NCBI GenBank assembly: GCA_963654225.1
Contig: CAVKAQ010000002.1
Coordinates: 18,361 to 82,360 of the forward strand
Source of the DNA: Butyricicoccaceae bacterium
GTDB taxonomy: Bacteria; Bacteroidota; Bacteroidia; Bacteroidales; UBA932
DNA length: 64,000 nt
Direction: 5' to 3'
This document shows positions 37,509-47,176 of the stretch, piece by piece; position 1 is the first letter of the stretch, and each line of letters opens with the position of its first letter. The notes beneath the pieces are model-generated. The model saw nothing but the letters and a program-made list of their open reading frames with translations. It searched no databases and was not told where the DNA came from. A program made the translations under genes and the position numbers.

Positions 37509-40500
37509 CTAGAATGTCGGACGGAACGTGATGTTTACGCTGCGGCAGTAAGGATATGATGTTCCCCTCTCGAATTTTACGGTGGAGAGATAACCGATAT
37601 CGGAGAAGCCGAAGCCTACAGCCAGTTTTCTGAGGCCGAGCTTGGAGATTTTCTTTATCGGCACGTCATACATGAACTGGATGTTCGAGAAATAAATCTC
37701 GTTTCTCTTCTCGACAAATCTTTCAGAGTAATGAGTTGTGGTGCCGGCAGTTATGGCAAGATAACGGGTGAGGTCTCCGGCGTTCTTCCATCTGTCGGTG
37801 AAAGCTCGGGCATCCACATTGTGATACTTGTCGATGTTCTCTACCTTGTTCTGCAGAGTTGAGTTGTAGTAGTCTCCTCCGAAGGTATAAGTGGTTGAGA
37901 GTGACATTGAAAGCCCTTTCCATCTTACGGTGGTCATAAGTGAACCGTTGAGGATAGGGTTGGTGTTTCCTACTGCGACTTTCTCACTTGTGCTATAGGT
38001 GAATGTGTATTCTCCGTTCTTCTTTATGTAGATTTCCTGTCCTGTCGCAGGGTCGATTCCGGCTGAACGCATCGCATAGATGTCGTACTGCGAACCGCCT
38101 TCCTGGAACAGAATCTTAGGGAGAGATGAGTCGGTTGTATTTTCCTTTTCCACGCCCTTGAGAGAGTTGGAAATGTGACGGATCTCGTCCATCACGTGGC
38201 CTCCGGTCAATGTGACGCTCCAAAACCAGTCCTTCTTGCGTATGATCTGCGCTGACAGCGACAGGTCAATACCCTTGTTGTTCAATTCTCCGAAGTTCAC
38301 GTTCATCGAGGATGTGCCCACTGATGGCGGCAAGTTGATGGACATCAGCATATCGTAAGTCGTGTTCGAGTAGAAGTCGAGAGACATATTGATTCTGCTG
38401 TTCAGGAACGCGCCCGTGAGACCGATGTTGTTGTTCAATGTCCTCTGCCATTTCAGATTAGGGTTTCCCATCTGTTTAGGAACGGCACCGATACCTGTAT
38501 AGTATTGATAGTCTGACTTATACTGATAAACGGTCTTGGCCTGATAGTAGTCGAATGCCACGCTTCCGGTATATCCGATTGAATATCTGAGCGACAGCGT
38601 GTTGATCCATTTGGCTTTCTTGATGAAAGATTCGTTGTGGAGATTCCAGGCCACACCGGCAGCCCAGAAAGGCGCGAAACTGTTGTCTGAGCCGAAACGT
38701 GATGAGCCTGATGCTCTATAGGACAAGTCCACGACATATCTGTTCCAGAGTCCCACGTTGGCGTTGGCGAAGAAGCCGACCTCGGTTGAAATCTTGTCTG
38801 AACCGGAAGGCTGTCCGTTTCCGGGATAACTGAGAGCGAAAGACAGGTCGCAGAGATTGTCTTTAAGGAATCCGATTCCGATACCTGAAGATGACTGGCT
38901 GCGCGAGTACTGTATGTTGGAACCTCCGCTCACACGGAACATAGAGCCTTTCGAGTCAAGAGAGCGTCCATAGTTGACGACCATCTTGCCGGACATAGTT
39001 GTTCCCGTCTTGTTGGAGAAAGTATATTGGCCTCTCTTGGTGACATCCGTATTCTGATATTTTATCATATCAGGGGAGTCGAATGAATCAGTTGAGCCCC
39101 AGGAGAGATTCACGCTGCCTTGTCCGGTCACATACAGGTTTTTGGTGATGTTCCACCTTCCGTCAAGCGAATTCTTGAGAGTCTGTGAACGGTTCTTTTT
39201 GAAACTTGAAAGGGTCGCCTCGTACAATGGGTTGGTATCCGTGTTTCCTGTCTTGGAAATAGGGTTGAAATAATATATCTTGATAAGTTCCCCGTCTTCA
39301 TCGTACATTGGCTCATAAGGATTCATTTTGGAGTAGTTCGAATATGAACCGTAAGGTGAATCCTTTGAATCTGTCATAGAGAAATTGACCTTGTAGGAGA
39401 GCGTCAGCTTATCCCTGAGGTGGTATCCGACAGTGAAATTGATGCTCTTGGAACTTCGTTTGTCGCCCTTCATTACTCCGTATGTGTCGCTCCAGCTTCC
39501 GTTTGCTCTGAAACTGAGCTTTTCTCCGCGAGAAGTCAATGCCAATGAGTGAGTGTAGCTGAACGGCATTCTGAGCGGAGCGTGTAGCCAGTCGTCATTC
39601 ACGCCCTGGCGGATTTTCTCGAGTTTGTATGCGTAAGCTTCGTCGAGAGAACCGTCCGAAGTATCATAAAGTCCTGCAAGTCTCTCCAATTCGAGTTTCT
39701 GGTATGGAGTACAGAGATTGAATGAACTGAGGTCTGGGTAACTGAGTTTTGGAACGAAGTTGTAGCTGAGCTTAACTTTCTCAGTTCCGATACGCTTTCT
39801 TTCTACGACGATGACGCCGTTCGCACCTTTCTCACCGTAAAGGATAGTTGCGGACGCGTCTTTCAACACGTCGATTCGTTCGATGTCGAAAATATCAAGG
39901 TCGTACAACTCATCGATGGAAATCTCAACACCGTCGAGCACGATCAGAGGGTTGTTGACACCCTCCTCGCTTTCATTGGTAATGAGGGTGTTGGCTCCAC
40001 GTATCAAGATGGACGGCACTGCGTTAGGGTTGGAACCGGCCGCATTGTTCTCCACCATCACCATACCCGGAGTCAGGGATGTGATGCCGGCTATGAGGTT
40101 TGTAGGGGAGAGATCGACCAGCTGTTCACCGCTGATTGTGGTAGCGGAGCCGGTAAATGTCTCTTTGGACTGTGTGTAGAATCCGTTTACCACCACTGCG
40201 TCAAGCGTGGAAACTTTCAGCGTGACATTGAGAGTCGTTGATGAGCTTACGTTAATCTCCTGATTTTCAGTGCCGATAAATGAGAATACCAGGACATCGT
40301 TGTTCTTGCCGCTTTTTGAGAATGTAATGCTGTAATTACCGTCCATATCAGCGAACACGCCGATCGTCGTGCCTTTCACAAGCACGTTTGCTCCTGGGAG
40401 CGGATCGCCGTGGTCATCCACGATCTTACCTTTGACTGTGATTTTTGCGCTTCCGGGCGTTGAGGTCTGTTTGCTGCCGGTCTTTGTCGTTTGAGCGAGG

Positions 40501-40601
40501 GCTACGTCACCGAAGATGCCCGCCGGAAGAAAGAGACAAGTCAGAAGACACAAGACAAACGCCAGACATCCTCTGTGAAATGGGGATTTGTCTAATTTCA
40601 T
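37509..40601 (-). CDS. SusC/RagA family TonB-dependent transporter
   Basis: PLPGANVLVKGT, PLIVLDG, LKDASATILYG..GANGVIV, GNPNLKW and a terminal Phe. Confidence 0.97.
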   Translation of the reverse strand: MKLDKSPFHRGCLAFVLCLLTCLFLPAGIFGDVALAQTTKTGSKQTSTPGSAKITVKGKIVDDHGDPLPGANVLVKGTTIGVFADMDGNYSITFSKSGKNNDVLVFSFIGTENQEINVSSSTTLNVTLKVSTLDAVVVNGFYTQSKETFTGSATTISGEQLVDLSPTNLIAGITSLTPGMVMVENNAAGSNPNAVPSILIRGANTLITNESEEGVNNPLIVLDGVEISIDELYDLDIFDIERIDVLKDASATILYGEKGANGVIVVERKRIGTEKVKLSYNFVPKLSYPDLSSFNLCTPYQKLELERLAGLYDTSDGSLDEAYAYKLEKIRQGVNDDWLHAPLRMPFSYTHSLALTSRGEKLSFRANGSWSDTYGVMKGDKRSSKSINFTVGYHLRDKLTLSYKVNFSMTDSKDSPYGSYSNYSKMNPYEPMYDEDGELIKIYYFNPISKTGNTDTNPLYEATLSSFKKNRSQTLKNSLDGRWNITKNLYVTGQGSVNLSWGSTDSFDSPDMIKYQNTDVTKRGQYTFSNKTGTTMSGKMVVNYGRSLDSKGSMFRVSGGSNIQYSRSQSSSGIGIGFLKDNLCDLSFALSYPGNGQPSGSDKISTEVGFFANANVGLWNRYVVDLSYRASGSSRFGSDNSFAPFWAAGVAWNLHNESFIKKAKWINTLSLRYSIGYTGSVAFDYYQAKTVYQYKSDYQYYTGIGAVPKQMGNPNLKWQRTLNNNIGLTGAFLNSRINMSLDFYSNTTYDMLMSINLPPSVGTSSMNVNFGELNNKGIDLSLSAQIIRKKDWFWSVTLTGGHVMDEIRHISNSLKGVEKENTTDSSLPKILFQEGGSQYDIYAMRSAGIDPATGQEIYIKKNGEYTFTYSTSEKVAVGNTNPILNGSLMTTVRWKGLSMSLSTTYTFGGDYYNSTLQNKVENIDKYHNVDARAFTDRWKNAGDLTRYLAITAGTTTHYSERFVEKRNEIYFSNIQFMYDVPIKKISKLGLRKLAVGFGFSDIGYLSTVKFERGTSYPYCRSVNITFRPTF

Positions 40602-40680
40602 AAACTGTATTTGTTAATTTCGTTATGAGGTCCGATTACCAACGAGGCTATTCCGTTATATTTATAAGACCCCTAACGCG

Positions 40681-40688
40681 CAAATATA
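40681..40688 (-). promoter_or_regulatory. -7 promoter element for the susC operon
   Basis: TATATTTG on the minus strand, about 80 nt upstream of the susC start. Confidence 0.55.
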
Positions 40689-40745
40689 TGGTTTTGGCGT
40701 GTCAATTCCTATAAATGGGTGTTCCTTTCACTGAATAATACGGAA

Positions 40746-40773
40746 AACGCTGTTCATTTTTGAGAACAGCGTT
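40746..40773 (-). terminator. Stem-loop terminator after the DUF5009-like gene
   Basis: AACGCTGTTC / GAACAGCGTT 10-bp perfect stem. Confidence 0.6.
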
Positions 40774-40830
40774 CGAATATTTATCTGATTGTTGTAAAGC
40801 CGATTCTTGCGTCCGGGAGGGATTCGGACA

Positions 40831-41952
40831 TCAGACTTTCAGGAATACCTTGTGCTTATACAGGAAATACAGGAAGTACCACTTCGCGGCAAATGCTCCT
40901 GCAACCAGAACCAACTTCCCGATGTCCTCAGGGAACAGCCCTGCGAATCCTCCGAGGAAGAATTTGGAAATCAGGTCGAAACTGATGAATCGGATTGCCA
41001 TATAGATGGTGATGGAATTCATACCTATGACCTGGAAGAAAAGCACGCCCTTTCGCCAACCTTTCACGTCTATCAGATAGTAGAAGAGCGCGAATATCGC
41101 CAACGAATATGATGCTGCGGCGAGAACGAAAGTGCTGGTCCACAAGCTCTTTATGATAGGGAACCAGATTGCCCATATAATTGTGATGACAGCGAGGATG
41201 GCTGCCGCTGCAAGCATCTTCACGGTCTTTTTCTCTCCGGAATCTGTGGAGTCCTTGATGTAACGTCCTGTGAACATTCCCAGCAGTGCAGTCACGATTG
41301 CGGGGATTGTACTCAACAGTCCTTCAGGGTCTCCGACCGGTTTGTAGCAGTGTTTTCCGAAAACAATACGGTCAACATAGTAGGAGATGTTGCCTTCGAT
41401 AGACATTGAATCTGCTCCGGCAGGTGCGTCAGGTGCGCTCACGAATCTGAGGAGTAAGAAATAACCGACAAGAATTCCTACGGCGATGCCAATCTGAGTG
41501 CGTCTGCCTGTATAGTAGTATATCAATGCGGCAAATGCCCACGCGAGACCGATTCGTCCGAGAACGCTTGGAAATCTCAGTGTTGAGAAGTGGAATTCGA
41601 AAAATCCCTGAGATACAAGTCCCAGGAAGACCAGAACCAGACCTCTCCTTACAATGTCAAGAGTGATGTTCCCTTGAGACAGCCCCTTGGACTGCTTCTT
41701 CGCCAGCGAGAATGGGAATGTCATTCCCGAAATGAACAGAAACAGGGCGAAGATAGTGTCGTGGTGGTGGAAACCTTCCCAACTGACGTGTCTCATCTGA
41801 CTGGCGAGCCAGCATTTGTCCCCGTCAGGGAATAATGCGCAGATGCCGTAAATCAGGGTGGCTATTCCGATTATGAACATCATATCGAAGCCTCTCAGCG
41901 CGTCGAGCGACAGAAGTCTTCCGGAATTGTTAGGTGTTTGTGTGTTATCCAT
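40831..41952 (-). CDS. DUF5009 / HGSNAT-like (NagX-like) membrane acyltransferase
   Basis: RLLSLDALRGFDM, HVSWEG, DPEGLLSTIPA, PIIKSLWTSTF and IGMNSI. Confidence 0.88.
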   Translation of the reverse strand: MDNTQTPNNSGRLLSLDALRGFDMMFIIGIATLIYGICALFPDGDKCWLASQMRHVSWEGFHHHDTIFALFLFISGMTFPFSLAKKQSKGLSQGNITLDIVRRGLVLVFLGLVSQGFFEFHFSTLRFPSVLGRIGLAWAFAALIYYYTGRRTQIGIAVGILVGYFLLLRFVSAPDAPAGADSMSIEGNISYYVDRIVFGKHCYKPVGDPEGLLSTIPAIVTALLGMFTGRYIKDSTDSGEKKTVKMLAAAAILAVITIIWAIWFPIIKSLWTSTFVLAAASYSLAIFALFYYLIDVKGWRKGVLFFQVIGMNSITIYMAIRFISFDLISKFFLGGFAGLFPEDIGKLVLVAGAFAAKWYFLYFLYKHKVFLKV

Positions 41953-42013
41953 TATATTGGGTATAAGTGATTTTTCTTTTCAATATTGAAGCGCTTATTG
42001 CTCGGCTAAGACA

Positions 42014-42406
42014 CTATTCTTCGGTCAGTTTCGCTGAAGCCTTGAACATAAACTTCTCGGCGTCGATGATGAATCTCTCGTGTTCACCTTCGCCTATGAG
42101 CCCTTTCTCATCGGAACATTCGACGTGGAAAACTAGCCTTCTGCGGTCTATTTCAACGAGTTCGGTGCTGCAGGTAACTTTCATTCCCACAGGCGTTGCC
42201 GACAGGTGTTTCACATTGACCAGAGTTCCGACTGTGCTTTGTCCCTCTTCCAGGAACGGGTCAACGCTCAGTCTGGAGGTCTTTTCCATAAGTGCAATCA
42301 TAGACGGTGTTGCGAAAACAGCAAGCGAACCGCTGCCAAGCGCCTCTGCCGTGTTGGATTCGTTGACTGTCAGTTCGCCGAACCCCTTAATTCCTTTTTC
42401 CAACAT
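42014..42406 (-). CDS. FlK-like hot-dog thioesterase
   Basis: GSGSLAVFATPSMIALME, VGT..V.HL..TPVG and G.HER. Confidence 0.9.
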   Translation of the reverse strand: MLEKGIKGFGELTVNESNTAEALGSGSLAVFATPSMIALMEKTSRLSVDPFLEEGQSTVGTLVNVKHLSATPVGMKVTCSTELVEIDRRRLVFHVECSDEKGLIGEGEHERFIIDAEKFMFKASAKLTEE

Positions 42407-42496
42407 ATTGAGTTTGTGTTTTATGCTTTTGCTATATTGTCAGCCTTTCCATAAATTTTGTCTATCTCGGCAATCCAAGCCTGATGGAACGCGGCT

Positions 42497-42985
42497 TTAC
42501 AACTGAAGCAGAATATTTATCAGCATCATACCGCTTACAATCAGCTTTAATCCTGTTCCGCAAATGAATCCCAGGAATGCGCCCAATGCCGATTTGACCG
42601 ATGCTCCGGCAGATTTTCCTGCGAATATCAGTTCCGCAGCAAACGCTCCGATAATTACGCCCGCCACGATGCCGACGGGAGTGAAGAATATTCCTGCCAG
42701 AAGTCCTATTGTGGCGCCGATTGCAGCATATTTGCTTCCTCCTGTGACCTTGGTGAACCATCCTGGGATTATGAAGTCCAGTACCGTGACCAATGTGGTG
42801 ATACCCAACCATATAAGCAGGGTTGACAGCGGCATTGCGGAGTGATTCAGTTCACCTTCTCCACGAAGAAACATAAGAAGCATTCCGATCCAGCTGACAG
42901 GCGGGCCCGGCAATGCCGGGATAATGCTCCCGATAATGCCGAGTACGCCAAGAATGATGGCGGCTATTGCCAGAAATGTGTCCAT
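42497..42985 (-). CDS. DUF456 family membrane protein
   Basis: GSIIPALPGPP, GGSK..AIGA, and multiple TM helices. Confidence 0.88.
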   Translation of the reverse strand: MDTFLAIAAIILGVLGIIGSIIPALPGPPVSWIGMLLMFLRGEGELNHSAMPLSTLLIWLGITTLVTVLDFIIPGWFTKVTGGSKYAAIGATIGLLAGIFFTPVGIVAGVIIGAFAAELIFAGKSAGASVKSALGAFLGFICGTGLKLIVSGMMLINILLQL

Positions 42986-44403
42986 TATTTGTTGGAAGCC
43001 ATTGCGGCCTCAATGTCATCAGGGAATATAGGCAAGCGTTCCTTGCCGAGTCTGCGTGCTCCGTCAGCCGTCACGAGAACATCGTCTTCAAGCCTGATTC
43101 CGCCGAAATCATAGTAAGATTCGAGTCTTGAATAATTGACGAATCCGTGGTCTGTCTTCTCCGATTTCCACTTTTCTATCAGAGCCGGGATGAAATATAT
43201 GCCCGGTTCGTCTGTTATGACATTGCCCGGAACAAGTTTCCTTGCCATTCTCAGACTGCCGAGGCCGAGCTGGGATGCCCTTTTCTGGTCATCGTCGTAG
43301 CCTACATAGTCTTCGCCGTAATCTTCCATATCGTGGACGTCCAGTCCCATATTGTGGCCGAGTCCGTGAGGCATAAACAGCCCTGCAACGCCGGTTTCCA
43401 CCATATTGTCAAGATTTCCCCTTACAATATCCAACGCGCTGAGTTCTTCCAGCATAAGCCGCATAGTCTTGAGGTGCACTTCCTTGTAAGTGATGCCCGG
43501 ACGTGTCTGTTTGAACGCATATTCGTTGCAGTCGCAGACTATCTGATAAATCTCGCGCTGCTTAGCAGTGAATTTGCCGTTGACAGGGTAGGTGCGTGTG
43601 TAGTCCGAGGCATAGTGCATATTGTTTTCTGCGCCGGCATCGATGACCATAAGCCGTCCGTCTTCTATTACTTTGTCGTGCAGATGGTTATGCAACGTCT
43701 CTCCGTGCTGGGTGAGGATGGTGGGGAATGATACACCCCAGCCCTTTGCCAGTGTGCAGGCCTCCATTCTTCCGACAATCTCCTGTTCAACGCGCCCGAG
43801 AATGATATTGTTCCTTGCGACCGTGTGCATCTCGTTGCCCAGAACTCCCGCATCGTCAAGTTGCTCGATTTCACACTCTTCCTTGACAAGCCTCATCGAA
43901 ATTATGGCTTTTGTCAGAGCTAGGGAAACTTTGCTTTCGACCTCCGCGTCATTGCATTTCAGCAGGGAGGCAATCTTCATTTTGTTGTAATATCTTGACG
44001 GATTTACAAAGTGTACCGGCCTGCCTGCCGCCAAAGCCTTCTCAACAACATCGTCAAGTGCTTTGTATGGGGCTGATTTCTTTATTCCGACCAATTCGGC
44101 CTTCGATGCTACACTTGGCTGAGGTCCCATCCAGATGATGTCTCCGATTTCAACGTCATCCGCGAATATCTCCTCTTCGCCGTTGTCCAAATCAATCACT
44201 GCCGCGAACATAGGCTCGTCGAGCCCGAAGAAATAGAGCCAAGTGCTGTCCTGGCGGAATTTGTAGCAGTTATCCTTATATTGCGCAGGCGCTTCGGCAT
44301 TGCCAATGAACAATGCGATGCCTCTTTTCCCTTCGGACGCGAAGTCGGACATTTTTGATAACAGTGTCCGGCGTCTTGATTCATATATAGTCTTGTCAAA
44401 CAT
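42985..44403 (-). CDS. pepP: Xaa-Pro aminopeptidase (M24B)
   Basis: FRQDS..LYFFG, DAGAE, ASDYTRT, PHGLGH..GLDVHD, EPGIYF and GIRLEDD. Confidence 0.93.
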   Translation of the reverse strand: MFDKTIYESRRRTLLSKMSDFASEGKRGIALFIGNAEAPAQYKDNCYKFRQDSTWLYFFGLDEPMFAAVIDLDNGEEEIFADDVEIGDIIWMGPQPSVASKAELVGIKKSAPYKALDDVVEKALAAGRPVHFVNPSRYYNKMKIASLLKCNDAEVESKVSLALTKAIISMRLVKEECEIEQLDDAGVLGNEMHTVARNNIILGRVEQEIVGRMEACTLAKGWGVSFPTILTQHGETLHNHLHDKVIEDGRLMVIDAGAENNMHYASDYTRTYPVNGKFTAKQREIYQIVCDCNEYAFKQTRPGITYKEVHLKTMRLMLEELSALDIVRGNLDNMVETGVAGLFMPHGLGHNMGLDVHDMEDYGEDYVGYDDDQKRASQLGLGSLRMARKLVPGNVITDEPGIYFIPALIEKWKSEKTDHGFVNYSRLESYYDFGGIRLEDDVLVTADGARRLGKERLPIFPDDIEAAMASNK

Positions 44404-44417
44404 ATAACCTCCTTTAT

Positions 44418-44561
44418 TTGTCTTTTCGGTCTATATTCCACTTGTCATCGGCCGAGTGCTCCAGCACACTCCCTCTTCCAACTGAAATCTATCCTCGAAA
44501 ATACTTCATAATCTACTTTATACTTGTCTTTTCGGTCTATATCCCACTTGTCATCGGTCGA
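44418..44561. repeat. 38-bp imperfect direct repeat, two copies (36/38 identical), 68-bp spacer
   Basis: TTGTCTTTTCGGTCTATAT(T/C)CCACTTGTCATCGG(C/T)CGA at 44418-44455 and 44524-44561. Confidence 0.9.
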
Positions 44562-44569
44562 ATACCGGA

Positions 44570-45826
44570 TCAATGGCCGCCGTACAGATACTGATACTGC
44601 TCGGGAGTCAGTTTGTCGATGGTGATTCCCCAGTCTGCCAACTTCCTGCAGGCCACTTCGTTGTCAATCTCTGCGGGCACGGCGTTGAGCATATTTCCTT
44701 TCTTCCTGGCAATGTTCTTCTCGTTGTCTACAAGGTATTTCGCGCTGAGAGCCTGTATCGCAAATGACATATCCATAATCTCGGCCGGGTGTCCGTCGCC
44801 GGCGGCAAGATTAACCAGACGGCCTTCCGCAATGACATACACCGTCTTGCCGTTGTCAAGCCTGTAGGCCTCGATATTGTTCCTTGCAGGAGTGTGCGAC
44901 ACTGCGATTTCTTTCAGTGTAGCCATTGCTACTTCAACATCGAAATGTCCTGCGTTGCAGCATATTGCGCCATCCTTCATCTTCAAGAAATGCTCTTTCG
45001 TGATGACATCCTTGCAACCGGTTACAGTTACGAAAATGTCGCCGACTTCTGCGGCTTCCGACATTGAAATCACCTTGAATCCGTCCATAACGGCCTCCAT
45101 AGCCTTGATAGGATTAACCTCGGTGACAATGACGTCTGCCCCAAGCCCTTTGGCTCTCATTGCCACGCCTTTGCCGCACCATCCGTATCCGGCGACAACG
45201 ACATTCTTTCCTGCGACAATAAGATTGGTGGTCCTGTTGATGCCGTCCCATACGGATTGGCCTGTGCCGTACCTGTTGTCGAACAAGTGTTTGCAGTCGG
45301 CGTTGTTAACCAGCATCATAGGGAATTCAAGTTTTCCCTCCTTGTCCATAGCTTCAAGCCTGAGGATGCCGGTGGTCGTCTCTTCGCAACCTCCGATCAC
45401 ATTCGGAAGAAGCTCCCGATATTCGGTGTGTATCATATTCACGAGGTCACCTCCGTCATCAATGATGATGTTTGGACCGACTTCGATGACTTTGCGGATT
45501 CCGGACATATATTCTTCATCTGTTGCCCCGTGCACGGCAAATACGTTAAGTCCTTCGTGAACAAGAGCTGCCGCTACATCGTCTTGTGTCGAAAGGGGAT
45601 TGCTTCCGGTGATATACATTTCCGCTCCGCCTTCGGCGAGAATTTCGCACAAATGTGCGGTCTTTGCTTCCAGATGTACAGATAGTGCTATCTTCTTGCC
45701 CTTGAAGGGTTTGGTCTTCTTGAATTCGGCCTCAAGCCCTGCCAAAAGTGGCATATGCTTTCTTACCCATTCAATTTTGAGCTCTCCGTCTTTCCAAATT
45801 TCAGGATTTCTTATTTCGCTTATCAT
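44570..45826 (-). CDS. ahcY: Adenosylhomocysteinase (SAH hydrolase)
   Basis: HLEAKTA, SNPLSTQD, DDGGD, EETTTG, KHLFDNRYG, GYGWCGKG and GRLVNL...GHP. Confidence 0.97.
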   Translation of the reverse strand: MISEIRNPEIWKDGELKIEWVRKHMPLLAGLEAEFKKTKPFKGKKIALSVHLEAKTAHLCEILAEGGAEMYITGSNPLSTQDDVAAALVHEGLNVFAVHGATDEEYMSGIRKVIEVGPNIIIDDGGDLVNMIHTEYRELLPNVIGGCEETTTGILRLEAMDKEGKLEFPMMLVNNADCKHLFDNRYGTGQSVWDGINRTTNLIVAGKNVVVAGYGWCGKGVAMRAKGLGADVIVTEVNPIKAMEAVMDGFKVISMSEAAEVGDIFVTVTGCKDVITKEHFLKMKDGAICCNAGHFDVEVAMATLKEIAVSHTPARNNIEAYRLDNGKTVYVIAEGRLVNLAAGDGHPAEIMDMSFAIQALSAKYLVDNEKNIARKKGNMLNAVPAEIDNEVACRKLADWGITIDKLTPEQYQYLYGGH

Positions 45827-46105
45827 AAGATGATGTGTTTAGGAAACTGTCTCGAAAATTCTGTAAGATAAAGTTCCGGAGTCATTTTCAGAACAGCTTC
45901 TGAATAAATCAAAGCAATATACGAAAAAATGTCGTGCAATCTATATATTATGGAGTCAGTGTTTAAAGAAAATTCGGTTATTTATTTGTAATAGATTGGC
46001 TTTTAGTGAGATGTGTGAAAATTTGCATTGCGATTCAAACTGGCTTTCGGATTTCAATGCCGAAATGAGGATAGAACGAAGTAAACGGCCAAGGATATTC
46101 TATTG

Positions 46106-46969
46106 TCATCCGCTGCCTGCGACAAACCCCAATGTGGCGGCGCTTATCCTTACTGACGTGCCGAAATGTTCTTGAAGCGCATACAGGCAGGCGTGAATCG
46201 TGGAGCCGGTGGTAAATACATCATCGACAATCAGAATGTGTCGCGGATTTGCCGGAACGGTCGAATGCGGACTGAAAACTGATTTGTATCTCCGGTTGAC
46301 ACTGAAAGCGTTGAGGACGTTTTCCGACTTCTCTTCTATGCTGAGTTTTGTCTGTGTCTTGGTTCTCCTGTTTCTTTTGAGAATATGCCCGAATACAGGG
46401 ACTCCGGTGACTTCTGACACAGACCTGGCAATGATTGTCGCCTGGTTGTATCCTCTTTTCCACTCGCGTGTCCAGTGCAAGGGTACAGGGATAATCATAT
46501 CCAAGTCGCCGAACAAATCGCTATCTTTCAGGTGATTACCAAGAAGCCTGGCGAAAAATCTCCCTTCGTGGATGTCACCGGTATATTTGAGCCTTTGTGG
46601 AATCTTGCGGTATCCGTTTTCTTCGCGATAGAAGAACAGAGCTGCCGCGTATGAATATTTCACAGCTCCAGAGTGCACGGAGTCAATGGAACTATCCAGA
46701 ACAGATTTGTTTATATCTCTTTGAATAAGGTCGTTAAGCCTGTCCGCCATCGGATTCTTGCGCATCTTCCAATATCTGGTAAGCGGGATGTCGGAGGCGC
46801 AGAAAATACACATATATTTCTCGTTGCTCCGGAGAATACGCTTGCATACGATACATTCGCGTGGGATGATCAGATCAATGAATGACTCCAAAAGATTCCC
46901 AAGCAGGTGCAGTATCTCCGAAATATATTCAGAGTGATAACTGCGTAATATACTGACAGTTATATTCAT
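46106..46969 (-). CDS. comF: ComF family phosphoribosyltransferase-like protein
   Basis: CxxC...CxxC zinc ribbon, PVPLH..R..RGYNQ and VDDVFTTGST. Start uncertain and could lie further downstream. Confidence 0.85.
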   Translation of the reverse strand: MNITVSILRSYHSEYISEILHLLGNLLESFIDLIIPRECIVCKRILRSNEKYMCIFCASDIPLTRYWKMRKNPMADRLNDLIQRDINKSVLDSSIDSVHSGAVKYSYAAALFFYREENGYRKIPQRLKYTGDIHEGRFFARLLGNHLKDSDLFGDLDMIIPVPLHWTREWKRGYNQATIIARSVSEVTGVPVFGHILKRNRRTKTQTKLSIEEKSENVLNAFSVNRRYKSVFSPHSTVPANPRHILIVDDVFTTGSTIHACLYALQEHFGTSVRISAATLGFVAGSG

Positions 46970-47176
46970 ATAGTCTTTCAAGTTTCGAATCTTTGTCCGC
47001 CCGGTTGAGGGTGCGTAATGGTCAACCCTTCAAATCCGTTCGTTATGCCTCCAAATTAAAGCAATAAAAAAGTCTTCACGCCTAAAAGGTGGTAGAAAAA
47101 ACCGAAATGTTTACGATTTTTAAACGTCTTTTGCAGTCCGGTTGCATTTATAAATTTTGTAATTTTGCCCCTCGGA

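Noticed and set aside
40602..40830. Invertible promoter upstream of susC
   Set aside because: No inverted repeats flank the promoter and no recombinase is nearby.
41967..42506. 179-aa plus-strand ORF
   Set aside because: Antisense to the clearly recognisable FlK-like thioesterase.
44418..44561. Possible mini-CRISPR array
   Set aside because: Only two copies, a 68-bp spacer that is too long, and no cas genes in the window.
45827..46105. SAH or SAM riboswitch upstream of ahcY
   Set aside because: Consensus elements were not recognisable on the minus strand; only a generic hairpin is present.
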